Of a stretch of 64,000 nucleotides of DNA, positions 48,329 through 57,209 are shown piece after piece; positions within the stretch are counted from its first letter, which is position 1, and each line of letters starts with the position of its first letter. The stretch is from an uncultured Clostridia bacterium (GTDB taxonomy: Bacteria; Bacillota; Clostridia; Christensenellales; UBA1242). The stretch spans positions 27,005 to 91,004 of the forward strand of contig CAKVNK010000002.1 in NCBI GenBank assembly GCA_934777435.1, read 5' to 3'. The position numbers were made by a program, and so were the translations under genes. The notes beneath the pieces are model-generated. The model ran no database searches. It had not been told where the DNA came from and worked only from the letters and a program-made list of their open reading frames with translations.

Positions 48329-49777
48329 GTGGAAGATGTAAAAAGAATTCAAAAATTCAAAATAGCAGTGAGTATAACATTGCTTTGTTTATGTGTCGTT
48401 TTTGTTTTTATATGCTCAATAGGTATTTTTATTTTTAAAGATGGTGTTTTTTTAAGCTCTGGAGCGACTGCTGTTAGAATTGAATTACAAGACGAAGTTA
48501 CATTAGAAGACAACACTAAAGATAAACTGGTAAAAAAATTAAAGCTTACAGGCGAGACAAAGAATTGTGAAGTTGGTGAATTGGTAAAAGTAATACAGTC
48601 TGGCGTTATGTTTAACTATTATATTAATCGACAAGAATTTTGTTTATCTGCGATAGGTAAAAATATTAAAAAAATTTCTGTAGCTACATATGCTGATACA
48701 ACTGGGGATATTTCGATTTCAAATGAGTCAGAATTAAGAACTTTTAGGAATAATGTTAACAATGATAACTGGTATTTAAACACGACTATCAAATTGTTAA
48801 ATGATATTTCACTTAGTAATACTTGGGTTCCTATTGGTTATGGTTCAGCATTTTGGGGTACATTTGATGGTTGTGGACACACTATCTCTCATATTAATAT
48901 TTCTTCGACATCTGGAGACTCGTATACCAATACAAATAGTTACTCTTATGGGGCAGGTTTCTTTGGCAATCTTGCATCAGGTGCTACAATTAAAAATCTT
49001 GCTATAAGAAATGTCTCAATTAATATCGCTAAAGAAAAGATGACATATTATGTTGGCTCTTTAGTGGGTTGTGCTTATAAAGGTGTAACTATTACAAATT
49101 GTTCAGTTTTTAATTCAAAAATTACACTTGTACAAGGTGATGGCTCGAGTGTTAATGCAGGCGGATTATTAGGTAGCACAAAGTTTTATCGTAATGATAC
49201 AAATAATGTAACAATTTCGGATTGCTACGTTGAATGTAGTATTAGCGTAGAAACAAAAAAAGAATCTAATACAGCATGTGCAGGAGGTGTGGTTGGAAGC
49301 TTTGATGCGGATACTGGTAAATTAACTATTTCCAAATGTTTGTATAAAGGCAGTCTTATAGTAAAGAAATATAATTCGGATAGTAAGGCCGCTAGACTAA
49401 TGGTCGCAAGTGGTATTGTTGGTGCTGGTCTAGGCATTTCTGATTGGAGTAAGACAAGCAATTTAATAAGTATAAGTAATTGTTTAAGCTATGTATTAGA
49501 CAATTCAACTGTTGAATCAGGAACGTTGGCTAGATGTTTTGCAACAACATATTCTGGTTGTTATGCTCATGGTTCATCGGTTATTATTTTTGGGCATAAA
49601 GTTACAGGATATTCGTTTGCTTGGCTGTCAAATAATAACTACTATGTTGATTCCAATGCACCTTTTTCAACAGGTAGTGAAGCCAACGGGACTGTGAGTG
49701 GAGACGCCACAGGTTATAATCAAGATTACAATAAAAAATCTCCTTCTAAAAAATCAGTTTCAGATTTAACAAAATAG
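48329..49777 (+). CDS. Membrane-anchored GLUG-motif repeat surface protein
   Basis: GTG start with no SD. N-terminal TM IAVSITLLCLCVVFVFICSIGIFIF. Head motif ELRTFRNNVN..LLNDISLSNTWVPIGYGSAFWGTFDGCGHTI. Five G(G)(L/V)VG....I.NC repeats (YVGSLVGCAYKGVTITNC, AGGLLGS..VTISDCY, AGGVVGS..LTISKCL, and others). Confidence 0.7.
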   Translation: MEDVKRIQKFKIAVSITLLCLCVVFVFICSIGIFIFKDGVFLSSGATAVRIELQDEVTLEDNTKDKLVKKLKLTGETKNCEVGELVKVIQSGVMFNYYINRQEFCLSAIGKNIKKISVATYADTTGDISISNESELRTFRNNVNNDNWYLNTTIKLLNDISLSNTWVPIGYGSAFWGTFDGCGHTISHINISSTSGDSYTNTNSYSYGAGFFGNLASGATIKNLAIRNVSINIAKEKMTYYVGSLVGCAYKGVTITNCSVFNSKITLVQGDGSSVNAGGLLGSTKFYRNDTNNVTISDCYVECSISVETKKESNTACAGGVVGSFDADTGKLTISKCLYKGSLIVKKYNSDSKAARLMVASGIVGAGLGISDWSKTSNLISISNCLSYVLDNSTVESGTLARCFATTYSGCYAHGSSVIIFGHKVTGYSFAWLSNNNYYVDSNAPFSTGSEANGTVSGDATGYNQDYNKKSPSKKSVSDLTK

Positions 49778-49826
49778 ACATATTACAGCATTTTTGTTTA
49801 ACAACATCAATCAAATGTGCGTTTAG

Positions 49827-49855
49827 TTGACTATTTAATTCATTATTGTTATAAT
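49827..49855 (+). promoter_or_regulatory. Sigma-A promoter of leuS
   Basis: TTGACT (49827-49832), 17-nt spacer, TATAAT (49850-49855). There is no T-box in the 30-nt leader. Confidence 0.7.
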
Positions 49856-49884
49856 CATTATTAACTTAAAAATAAGGATTTTTT

Positions 49885-52293
49885 ATGGCAGAATTTAACC
49901 ACATTGAAGTTGAAAAAAAGTGGAAAAAGTATTGGGACGAGCACCAAACATTTAGAACCGATGTTTGGGATTTTTCACGTCCTAAATTTTATGCGTTGGA
50001 TATGTTCCCATATCCATCTGGGGCAGGTTTGCACGTTGGTCACCCAGAAGGCTACACCGCAACCGATATTATAAGCCGTATGAAGCGTATGCAAGGTTAC
50101 AACGTTTTGCACCCAATGGGCTATGACAGTTTTGGTTTGCCAGCCGAACAATATGCAATCGACACAGGCAACAATCCAGTTATTTTCACTGAAAAGAATA
50201 TTGATATTTTCACAGGGCAACTTAAAAATATTGGTTTGTCTTATGACTGGGATAAAGAGATCCGCACAAGCGACCCTAAATTTTATAAATGGACACAATG
50301 GATATTCAAACTAATGTATCTTGACGGGCTTGCAAAATGTGTGGATATGCCTGTTAACTGGTGTGAAGAACTTGGCTGTGTGCTTGCAAATGACGAGATT
50401 GTGGACGGCAAAAGTGAACGTGGTGGTTATCCAGTTGTTAAAAAGAATATGAAACAATGGGTTATTGATATGCCAAAGTATGCTGAAAAATTGCTTGCTG
50501 GGTTAGATACCATTGATTGGCCAGAATCCACAAAAGCAATGCAACGCAACCGCATAGGCAAGTCAACCGGTGTGGAAGTGGACTTTGAATTAGTTGGTGG
50601 CGGTAAATTTTCAATTTTCACCACTTGCATCGAAACAATTTATGGCATCACTTTTATGGTTGTTGCACCTGATAGTAAGTTGGTAGACAGCCTTAAACCA
50701 CGCATTAAAAATTGGGCGGAAGTTGAACAATACCGCCGCCAAACTGAAAAACTTAGCGATTTGGAACGTACCGAACTTAACAAGGGTAAAACTGGTGTTA
50801 AGTTGGAAGGCGTTTATGCAATAAACCCTGTCAATGGCAAACAAGTGCCAGTGTTTGCGGGCGACTTTGTGCTTGCAAGTTATGGCACAGGTGCAGTTAT
50901 GGCAGTGCCAAGCCATGACCAACGTGACTTTGAATATGCAGTTGCACACAAAATTCCTATGATTCAAGTTATCAGCGGAGCAGATGTTAGTGAACATGCC
51001 TTTGAAAAACAAGACTATTTAGGCAAGGGGTGTAAACTTATCAACAGTGAAGAATTTACAGGCTTAACTGTTGAACAAGCAAAAGAAGCAATCACTGATA
51101 AACTTGTTAAAATGGGTGTTGCACGCAAAACAGTGAATTATAAATTGCGTGAGTGGATTTTTGCACGTCAACGTTATTGGGGCGAACCTGTGCCTATTGT
51201 GTATTTTGCAGACGGCACAACAAAAGCCCTTGAAGATAGTGAATTGCCACTTGTTTTGCCAGAATTGGACGATTATAAACCAGCCAAAGACGGCAACAGC
51301 CCACTTGCAAAAGCAGATTGGTGGGTTAATGTTACTGTGGATGGCAAACCAGCAAAACGTGAAACAAACACAATGCCGGGCAGTGCCGGTTCAAGTTGGT
51401 ACTTTTTGCGTTATATTGACCCACATAATGATAAAGAATTTGCAAATCAAGAATTGCTTAAACACTGGCTTCCAGTTGACCTTTATGTTGGCGGACCAGA
51501 ACATGCAGTTGGTCATTTGATGTATGCACGTATGTGGAATAACTATTTGTTTGATAAAGGGCTTGTTCCAGTTAAAGAACCTTTCAAAAAACTTGTTCAT
51601 CAAGGTATGATTTTGGGTGCTAACGGCATAAAAATGGGCAAACGTTATCCACAATTTGTGGTTGATCCAAATGTGATTGTTGAAAAGTATGGGGCAGATA
51701 CTTTGCGTCTTTATGAAATGTTTATGGGTCCTCTTCAAGAAAGTAAACCATGGGACGACAACGGCGTTAATGGTGCACGTAAATTTTTGGATAGAGTGTG
51801 GCGTTTATTGCACGAAAAACCAATTCTAGATAAAGAGAACACCAATCTTGATGCTTTTTATAATGCAACCGTTAAAAAGGTCACCGATGATTATGAAACA
51901 CTTAACTTTAACACAGCAATCAGTCAGATGATGATTTTTGTTAACTCTGCTGTTAAAGAAGAATATTTGCCAAAACAAATGGCAGAAGGCTTTGTAAAAT
52001 TGCTTAACCCAATTTGTCCATTTATTACTGAAGAATTGTGGGCAGATTTTGGCCACAACAATACCATTGCTTATGAACCATGGCCAACCTATGATGAAAG
52101 CAAAATGGTTGTTAATACCATTGAAATTCCAATTCAGGTTAATGGCAAATTCCGTGGCAAAATAACTGTTGAAAAATCAGCGTCAGAAGAAGAAATCAAA
52201 ACAAAAGCCTTGCAAGAAGTTTCATCATATGTTGCTAATGGCTACAAAAAAATAATCTATGTACCAGGCAGAATTTTCAACATTGTTGTTTAA
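49885..52293 (+). CDS. leuS: Leucine--tRNA ligase
   Basis: 802 aa. HIGH-type motif LHVGHPEGY. The KMSKS position reads KMGKR. CP1 editing and C-terminal domains are typical. SD AAGGA. Confidence 0.97.
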   Translation: MAEFNHIEVEKKWKKYWDEHQTFRTDVWDFSRPKFYALDMFPYPSGAGLHVGHPEGYTATDIISRMKRMQGYNVLHPMGYDSFGLPAEQYAIDTGNNPVIFTEKNIDIFTGQLKNIGLSYDWDKEIRTSDPKFYKWTQWIFKLMYLDGLAKCVDMPVNWCEELGCVLANDEIVDGKSERGGYPVVKKNMKQWVIDMPKYAEKLLAGLDTIDWPESTKAMQRNRIGKSTGVEVDFELVGGGKFSIFTTCIETIYGITFMVVAPDSKLVDSLKPRIKNWAEVEQYRRQTEKLSDLERTELNKGKTGVKLEGVYAINPVNGKQVPVFAGDFVLASYGTGAVMAVPSHDQRDFEYAVAHKIPMIQVISGADVSEHAFEKQDYLGKGCKLINSEEFTGLTVEQAKEAITDKLVKMGVARKTVNYKLREWIFARQRYWGEPVPIVYFADGTTKALEDSELPLVLPELDDYKPAKDGNSPLAKADWWVNVTVDGKPAKRETNTMPGSAGSSWYFLRYIDPHNDKEFANQELLKHWLPVDLYVGGPEHAVGHLMYARMWNNYLFDKGLVPVKEPFKKLVHQGMILGANGIKMGKRYPQFVVDPNVIVEKYGADTLRLYEMFMGPLQESKPWDDNGVNGARKFLDRVWRLLHEKPILDKENTNLDAFYNATVKKVTDDYETLNFNTAISQMMIFVNSAVKEEYLPKQMAEGFVKLLNPICPFITEELWADFGHNNTIAYEPWPTYDESKMVVNTIEIPIQVNGKFRGKITVEKSASEEEIKTKALQEVSSYVANGYKKIIYVPGRIFNIVV

Positions 52294-52315
52294 CTTGAAA
52301 AAACATAAAAATTAA

Positions 52316-52561
52316 AAAATAAGTTACTTTTTAATTAAAGTAACTTTACATGCAGAGATGTCGGAGTGGTCGAGTGTCAAAGCACAAGTTTTAAATCATT
52401 TGCTAATCGCAAATTTCAGCAAAAACTTGGCTTTTCCTTATTCCCAAAACTTAACACTTTTGGGAGCCCTTAAAAACTCGTTCGCCCACATTAATTGAAG
52501 TAGAAAATAAGTTACTTTTTAATTAAAGTAACTTTATATGCAGAGATGTCGGAGTGGTCGA
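52316..52561 (+). repeat. 58-nt direct repeat (52316-52373 and 52504-52561, 1 mismatch) spaced 188 nt apart
   Basis: Each copy contains aaaat, then the perfect palindrome AAGTTACTTT-TTAATT-AAAGTAACTT, then the first 22 nt of tRNA-Ser (GCAGAGATGTCGGAGTGGTCGA). Confidence 0.9.
52352..52373 (+). pseudogene. Truncated 5' fragment of tRNA-Ser (acceptor 5' strand plus D-arm only)
   Basis: Identical to nt 1-22 of the downstream tRNA-Ser. The sequence then diverges, with no anticodon arm or T-arm. Confidence 0.8.
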
Positions 52562-52628
52562 ACGAGCACGATTGGAAATCGTGTGATGTTAACAGCATCC
52601 GGGGGTTCAAATCCCCCTCTCTGCGCCA
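52540..52628 (+). tRNA. tRNA-Ser (anticodon GGA), CCA encoded
   Basis: Acceptor GCAGAGA/TCTCTGC. Anticodon stem CACGA/TCGTG with loop TTGGAAA. Long variable arm. T-arm GGGGG-TTCAAAT-CCCCC. Discriminator G followed by CCA. Confidence 0.92.
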
Positions 52629-52650
52629 ACTCGAAAGTACAAGCTTTTGC

Positions 52651-52690
52651 AACTTGTGTTTTTGAATAAAAACACAAGTTGTTGCTCTTT
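52651..52690 (+). terminator. Intrinsic terminator after tRNA-Ser
   Basis: AACTTGTGTTTTT-GAAT-AAAAACACAAGTT, a 13-bp perfect stem followed by a T-rich tail. Confidence 0.7.
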
Positions 52691-52695
52691 TGCTT

Positions 52696-52841
52696 GACTT
52701 TCTCGTATCCCCTTCAAAGGCACTGCGTTAGCCTTTGTGGGGACCCCATTAATTACGCTTTGGTTACTTAATCCCACTGCAACAAGTGACAGCGGGAGTT
52801 CTACTATATTATTAAGCACAAGTACTAGGCTTGTGTTTTTT
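52696..52841. ncRNA. Orphan structured element (candidate sRNA or leader), strand unresolved
   Basis: Hairpin CCCCTTCAAAGGC-ACTGCGTTA-GCCTTTGTGGGG (52709-52742). Second hairpin 52773-52796. Terminator-like CACAAG-N7-CTTGTG plus T6 (52817-52841) on the plus strand. The module is homologous to 37806-37872 in the pheST leader. Confidence 0.35.
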
Positions 52842-52891
52842 GTTGGGAATATTGTGGCGTTGTGATATAATAAAATTAAGGAATAATGAAT

Positions 52892-53383
52892 ATGAACGTA
52901 ATGAAAGATATTTTAAATTTGTCTAAAACCAATAAAGTTGTTTGCTTTTTTGATATGGACGGCACCTGTGTTGAATATGGTGCAAATGAAAAACCTTTGT
53001 TGCTTGCAAATGAGCCTAACTTCTTTTTGAACAAACGCCCACTTCGTTCAATTATAAAGAAAATGAAGCGTCTTTCAAAAATGAATAATGTTACTGTTAA
53101 AATTTTATCTAATTGCTATTTTGAAGAGCAAAAAGAAGATAAAATATCATGGTTGAAAAAATATGCTGGTTTTATTAAACCGGAAGATATAAATATCATT
53201 GTGTTGAACAATGAAAAATATACACCAGAGACCAAAGATAACTTAAAAGCAAACCGCATAAAAAGTATTGTTGGAAATGACAGTGAAATTTATTTGTTTG
53301 AAGATGACCAAAGAATTATGTATGTTACAATGAAAATTATGCCCGAAGTGCATGTTTGTCATGTAAGCACTCTTATTGATTAG
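52892..53383 (+). CDS. HAD-superfamily hydrolase (5'(3')-deoxyribonucleotidase-like)
   Basis: DxDGT motif FFDMDGTC. Small ~160-aa HAD fold. SD AAGGAA is best spaced for ATG 52892. Confidence 0.6.
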   Translation: MNVMKDILNLSKTNKVVCFFDMDGTCVEYGANEKPLLLANEPNFFLNKRPLRSIIKKMKRLSKMNNVTVKILSNCYFEEQKEDKISWLKKYAGFIKPEDINIIVLNNEKYTPETKDNLKANRIKSIVGNDSEIYLFEDDQRIMYVTMKIMPEVHVCHVSTLID

Positions 53384-53579
53384 TTTAAATTTGTGTTTAG
53401 AAATTTAAAGTGAAAGCAAAAATATTAATTGCTTTGATAAAAATTTAGATTCAATACGTTTGATTTAAAAGGTAAACTATTATTAAATCTTTTTTATTTT
53501 TATTAAAAGTATTGATTTTTAATTTTTGTATGATATAATTAGTGTTAATATCATAGATTTGTAAAAATAAGGGTGGGTT

Positions 53580-54461
53580 ATGGCAAATTTAAATTTATAT
53601 AAATTCTTTTGTTGTGTTGCTGAAGAAAAAAACATTTCAAAGGCAAGTGAAAAATTGTTTGTTTCGCAACCTGCAGTATCTTTTTCAATTAGGGAATTGG
53701 AACAAGAATTGGGACAACAACTTTTTATACGTAAAAGCAAAGGCGTGGAATTGACCACTTTTGGGCAAGTGCTTTACAATCAAGTTAAAGATGGTGTAGC
53801 AAAATTTGAGCAAGCCGAAATTTTAGCAAAGCGTTTTAGCAAGTTAGAACAAGGCATTGTTAGGCTTGGTGCAAGCACGTCAAATGTGAATCAAGTGTTG
53901 TTGGAGTATCTTTCAAAATTTGCAAGCATTTATCCAAACATACAAATTGTTATGGGGCGTGGAAGCAAAGACCAGTTGTTGGAAAAACTTAAAAATAATC
54001 AACTTGACATGATTTTTATTGATAAAACCAACAAGGTTGACGAGTTTAAAACAATCAAACAATTTAATGTAGACTATCAACTGATAGGTGATAAACAATA
54101 TAAAGAAAAGTTTGCAGGTAGTGACCTTGATTTGCAAAACTTTCCTGTTGACGATTTAATGTTGCCTAGCACGAACAATAATTCAAGAATCACTATTGAC
54201 AACTATTTTGCAAAGCACAATATCCGCTTTTTGCCTAAATATGAATTGGATAACTACATTTTGCTTTACGAATTTGTTAAAAAAGGTTTTGGTATTGCCT
54301 TTGTTAACATTGATTATTACAAACAAGCGGTTGAAAGCGGTGAGGTGTTTGTTTTATTTGAAAACTTTTCAATCAGGGCAAGGGAAATTGTGTGCTTAAC
54401 AAACAATCAGCCAACTAACCCAGCAGTGGATAAATTGGTTACAATTATAAAGGCAAACTAA
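53580..54461 (+). CDS. LysR-family transcriptional regulator
   Basis: N-terminal wHTH ISKASEKLFVSQPAVSFSIRELEQELGQQLFIR plus a LysR substrate-binding domain. SD AAGGGTGGG. Confidence 0.9.
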   Translation: MANLNLYKFFCCVAEEKNISKASEKLFVSQPAVSFSIRELEQELGQQLFIRKSKGVELTTFGQVLYNQVKDGVAKFEQAEILAKRFSKLEQGIVRLGASTSNVNQVLLEYLSKFASIYPNIQIVMGRGSKDQLLEKLKNNQLDMIFIDKTNKVDEFKTIKQFNVDYQLIGDKQYKEKFAGSDLDLQNFPVDDLMLPSTNNNSRITIDNYFAKHNIRFLPKYELDNYILLYEFVKKGFGIAFVNIDYYKQAVESGEVFVLFENFSIRAREIVCLTNNQPTNPAVDKLVTIIKAN

Positions 54462-54577
54462 TTTGTTGGGTTGTAAACAGTGTGATAAAAAGTGTTTATT
54501 AGTTACTGCGGATTGACTAATAATAAAACTTGGATATTGATTAAAATTATTAATGAAAAAACAAATTAGGAAATTAT

Positions 54578-54607
54578 AAAAAAGCCTTTCGAGTGAAGGG
54601 CTTTTTT
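54578..54607. terminator. Bidirectional intrinsic terminator
   Basis: A6, then AGCCTTTC-GAGT-GAAGGGCT, then T6. Confidence 0.8.
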
Positions 54608-54665
54608 ATAATTATAAGAAATTTATAACACAGCGTTTTGCTTGATTTATTGTTTGGTTGGTGAG

Positions 54666-55208
54666 TTACAAACTTGCAGTGTCTTGATTATCATTTACTT
54701 TGTTTAAACAACTCATAAGAAAATCTGTGTGTGGCGTGCTTTGATTTTGTGGTATTTCAATTTTGTTTTGATATGTGCCGATTGATTGCTCATATTTTTC
54801 CACTTTTTGGTTCAATTCTTCCCAACTATCTGCCTTAATGAGTGTGCCAAGATAGGTGTAATAAAGATATTCATATTCATGGTTAAAATATTCAATGGTT
54901 ATCATCACACCAGTTGTGAAAGCAGTGCCACGTACGTCATACACTTGAGCACCAAGGTCGTCCAAACCACGCTTATATGCGTCAACCAAAATAGAGCCAT
55001 CGTTTTTTACAAACATAACTCTAACTGAAAATCTGGTAGACATTCTCATCAATGCACCTGACGGATAGATGCTGATTTCTCCTTCTGGCCCAAGGTCAAA
55101 GTCCACGTTTTTGTAGTTGTTTCCATCCTTAACTTGCAAACGTTGATTGAACAAGCAGTCGTACAAAACTTTAAAATTTTTGTTTTCACATGCGTTTAAA
55201 AATTCCAT
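54666..55208 (-). CDS. Hypothetical protein (180 aa)
   Basis: AAAGGAGAA SD 5 nt before ATG 55208. The ORF-track start at 55325 is an upstream extension. No motif recognised. Confidence 0.55.
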   Translation of the reverse strand: MEFLNACENKNFKVLYDCLFNQRLQVKDGNNYKNVDFDLGPEGEISIYPSGALMRMSTRFSVRVMFVKNDGSILVDAYKRGLDDLGAQVYDVRGTAFTTGVMITIEYFNHEYEYLYYTYLGTLIKADSWEELNQKVEKYEQSIGTYQNKIEIPQNQSTPHTDFLMSCLNKVNDNQDTASL

Positions 55209-55451
55209 ATTTGTTCTCCTTTTGTTGTCTGCATTATAACCCCACATCGGTGAGTTGTAAACAACAAAAAATTTATATATGATATAAGGCGTGATTATAT
55301 AATTTTGTTTTTCTTGGCTTTTCATATTATGTTTTATACTAAAAGAACTTTTGCACTTATTGTGAACCTTATTTTTGGCTTACGTTTTTTTATTTAAAAC
55401 TTAATTTTTAGTTAACTTGACTTAAATGTTAGATAGAGTTAAGATAATTTT

Positions 55452-56171
55452 ATGCAATACAAAAAGTTAGGTTATAGTGAAATGTTTAAACTTTCACCAA
55501 GCCAGTTTGATTATAAAGATAATCTTTTACCGTCTGCAATTTTAGGCTTGTTTCAAGATATAGCAAGTGTGCATGGCGAGTTAATAGGTGTTGGCTTTGA
55601 AACAATGTTTAAAAAAGGCATGTATTGGGTGACAATTCGCACTAAATATGATGTGTTATCACAACCAAAGCCATATCAACAAGTGGTTGTGGAAACATGG
55701 CCACACGTTAAAGGCAGAGTTGATTTTGACCGTGATTATCTTATCAAAGACATGTCAGGCAACATACTTATCAAAGGCACAAGCAAATGGTGTGTAATTT
55801 CAACCACCACACGCAAACTTGTTTTACCAACTGCTGTGGAATATCCAAAAGATTTGGAATATGAAACAAAAGTGAATTACGAAGATAGATTTGCAAAAAC
55901 AGAAGTGGTGCAACCAAAAGATGAACCAGATTTTAAACACACAGTTTTGTTAAGTGAAATTGACCACAACAAACATTTAAACAATGTGCATTATGCGGAA
56001 TATGTGTATAATAGTTTAACTGGCACAGATTTAACACATATGCAAATTAACTATATTGCAGAGTGCAAATTGGGTGAAGAAATTTATATTTACACCAACC
56101 ACACAGAAGAAGGATATTTTGTTTCAGGCTATGTAAACAATGAACTTAAATTTTCCGCTTTTGCCAAATAG
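55452..56171 (+). CDS. Acyl-ACP thioesterase
   Basis: 239 aa double hot-dog fold. The N-terminal pattern LL..A.LG.FQD.A..H and the conserved D.NKHLNNVHY motif. Confidence 0.8.
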   Translation: MQYKKLGYSEMFKLSPSQFDYKDNLLPSAILGLFQDIASVHGELIGVGFETMFKKGMYWVTIRTKYDVLSQPKPYQQVVVETWPHVKGRVDFDRDYLIKDMSGNILIKGTSKWCVISTTTRKLVLPTAVEYPKDLEYETKVNYEDRFAKTEVVQPKDEPDFKHTVLLSEIDHNKHLNNVHYAEYVYNSLTGTDLTHMQINYIAECKLGEEIYIYTNHTEEGYFVSGYVNNELKFSAFAK

Positions 56172-56228
56172 AAGTGGAGTAAAGGTTAAAAAATCTGTTA
56201 GAGAAAAGTTTAAAACCTAAATACAAAT

Positions 56229-56255
56229 AAAAAAACGGCGTGTGCCGTTTTTTGT
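56229..56255. terminator. Bidirectional intrinsic terminator
   Basis: A7, then CGGC-GTGT-GCCG, then T-run. Confidence 0.6.
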
Positions 56256-56360
56256 TTTTATTTTTATCCAACAAAATTTGAGTCGTATTAATTGCCACTT
56301 AAAAGTGAATTTAATTCAATTTTGATATTAATTGCTTTGTTGAATTTTATTTACTTTATA

Positions 56361-57209
56361 TTAAGCATTTGTTAAATTTGCTGATTCTTCGCTTTGTGTG
56401 GTGTTTTGAGTGCCAGACGTTGCGGTTAAATATTCTAATTTTCTATTATAAAAACTTTCATATATTTGTTTGTTAAAATCAAAGTTGGCTTGGCTTAAAT
56501 ATTCAATATTTTCTTTAACACTCAATTCAGCTTTTGGGTAAATTGGTTTACCGATATGGAACACAAATTGTTTTTTTGCTGTGCCGTCTTTACGCTTTTT
56601 TAAATCTTTAAATGTAAAAAAGCAAGGAACTATTGGAACATTGAATTTGCTGGCATAATAATATGCACCCGGCATAACTGGTCTTGGCTTTTCATAACAC
56701 CACCACAATGCACCTTCTGGATAAAAGACAATCATTTTTTTCTTTTCAAGCAATGTTTCAATAGCACGCATTAAGTTACGCATACATTTTGGGCTTTCAC
56801 TAAATGGAAGTGTGCCACAAGCACGAAGGATAGAACCAAACAAACCATAATAGTTGTTAAATTCACCAACAGTGTAATAAGTTTTTCTGCCATGGGTTGC
56901 TTGCTTAACGAGGGCACAATCAATATCGTGGATATGGTTGGTTGTTAAAATACAACCTTGACCTTTAACCAACTTTAAATTTTTTCTGCCTTCCACTTTA
57001 AGGTGGAACATTTTACCAAGCACCCAGCTTGCAAAACCAAAGATAGGTAGGGTGAGAAAACTGCCCATTTGGTTAAAGAAGCCTTTGCGTAGATAATCAT
57101 ATTTAGGAGTGACCTTTTTTACATGAGTGTTTGGTTGTTGCACATGTGTGTTAAAATCGCCTGCACGCTCTTTATTTTCTATAACTTGCAACATTTCTGA
57201 TTTTTTCAT
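56361..57209 (-). CDS. 1-acyl-sn-glycerol-3-phosphate/lysophospholipid acyltransferase (PlsC family)
   Basis: HX4D motif NHIHDID and an FYPEGA block. The start codon overlaps the upstream stop (TAATG). Confidence 0.8.
   Translation of the reverse strand: MKKSEMLQVIENKERAGDFNTHVQQPNTHVKKVTPKYDYLRKGFFNQMGSFLTLPIFGFASWVLGKMFHLKVEGRKNLKLVKGQGCILTTNHIHDIDCALVKQATHGRKTYYTVGEFNNYYGLFGSILRACGTLPFSESPKCMRNLMRAIETLLEKKKMIVFYPEGALWWCYEKPRPVMPGAYYYASKFNVPIVPCFFTFKDLKKRKDGTAKKQFVFHIGKPIYPKAELSVKENIEYLSQANFDFNKQIYESFYNRKLEYLTATSGTQNTTQSEESANLTNA

Noticed and set aside
48250-49800. Possible direct repeats (AAAATAG..ACAT.TTA) at both ends of the GLUG gene as insertion-site duplications
   Set aside because: The match is only ~12-14 scattered nucleotides in AT-rich sequence that includes the two stop codons. 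It cannot be distinguished from chance.
52374-52503. A second complete tRNA or intron-containing tRNA following the first GCAGAGATGTCGGAGTGGTCGA copy
   Set aside because: No anticodon arm, T-arm (GGTTCGAAT-like) or 3' acceptor strand can be found downstream, and the sequence is unrelated to the real tRNA after nt 22.
52607-52819. 70-aa minus-strand ORF
   Set aside because: It overlaps the tRNA-Ser 3' end, its terminator and the structured intergenic element. There is no SD. It is better explained as RNA or regulatory sequence.
1121-55325. ORF-track N-terminal extensions (starts at 760, 1121, 4649, 5862, 9456, 19866, 31406, 38417, 52886, 55325, 19806)
   Set aside because: In each case an internal start has a properly spaced SD, or restores the expected N-terminus (signal peptide or conserved first residues). 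Some extensions also overlap a promoter or an SD.
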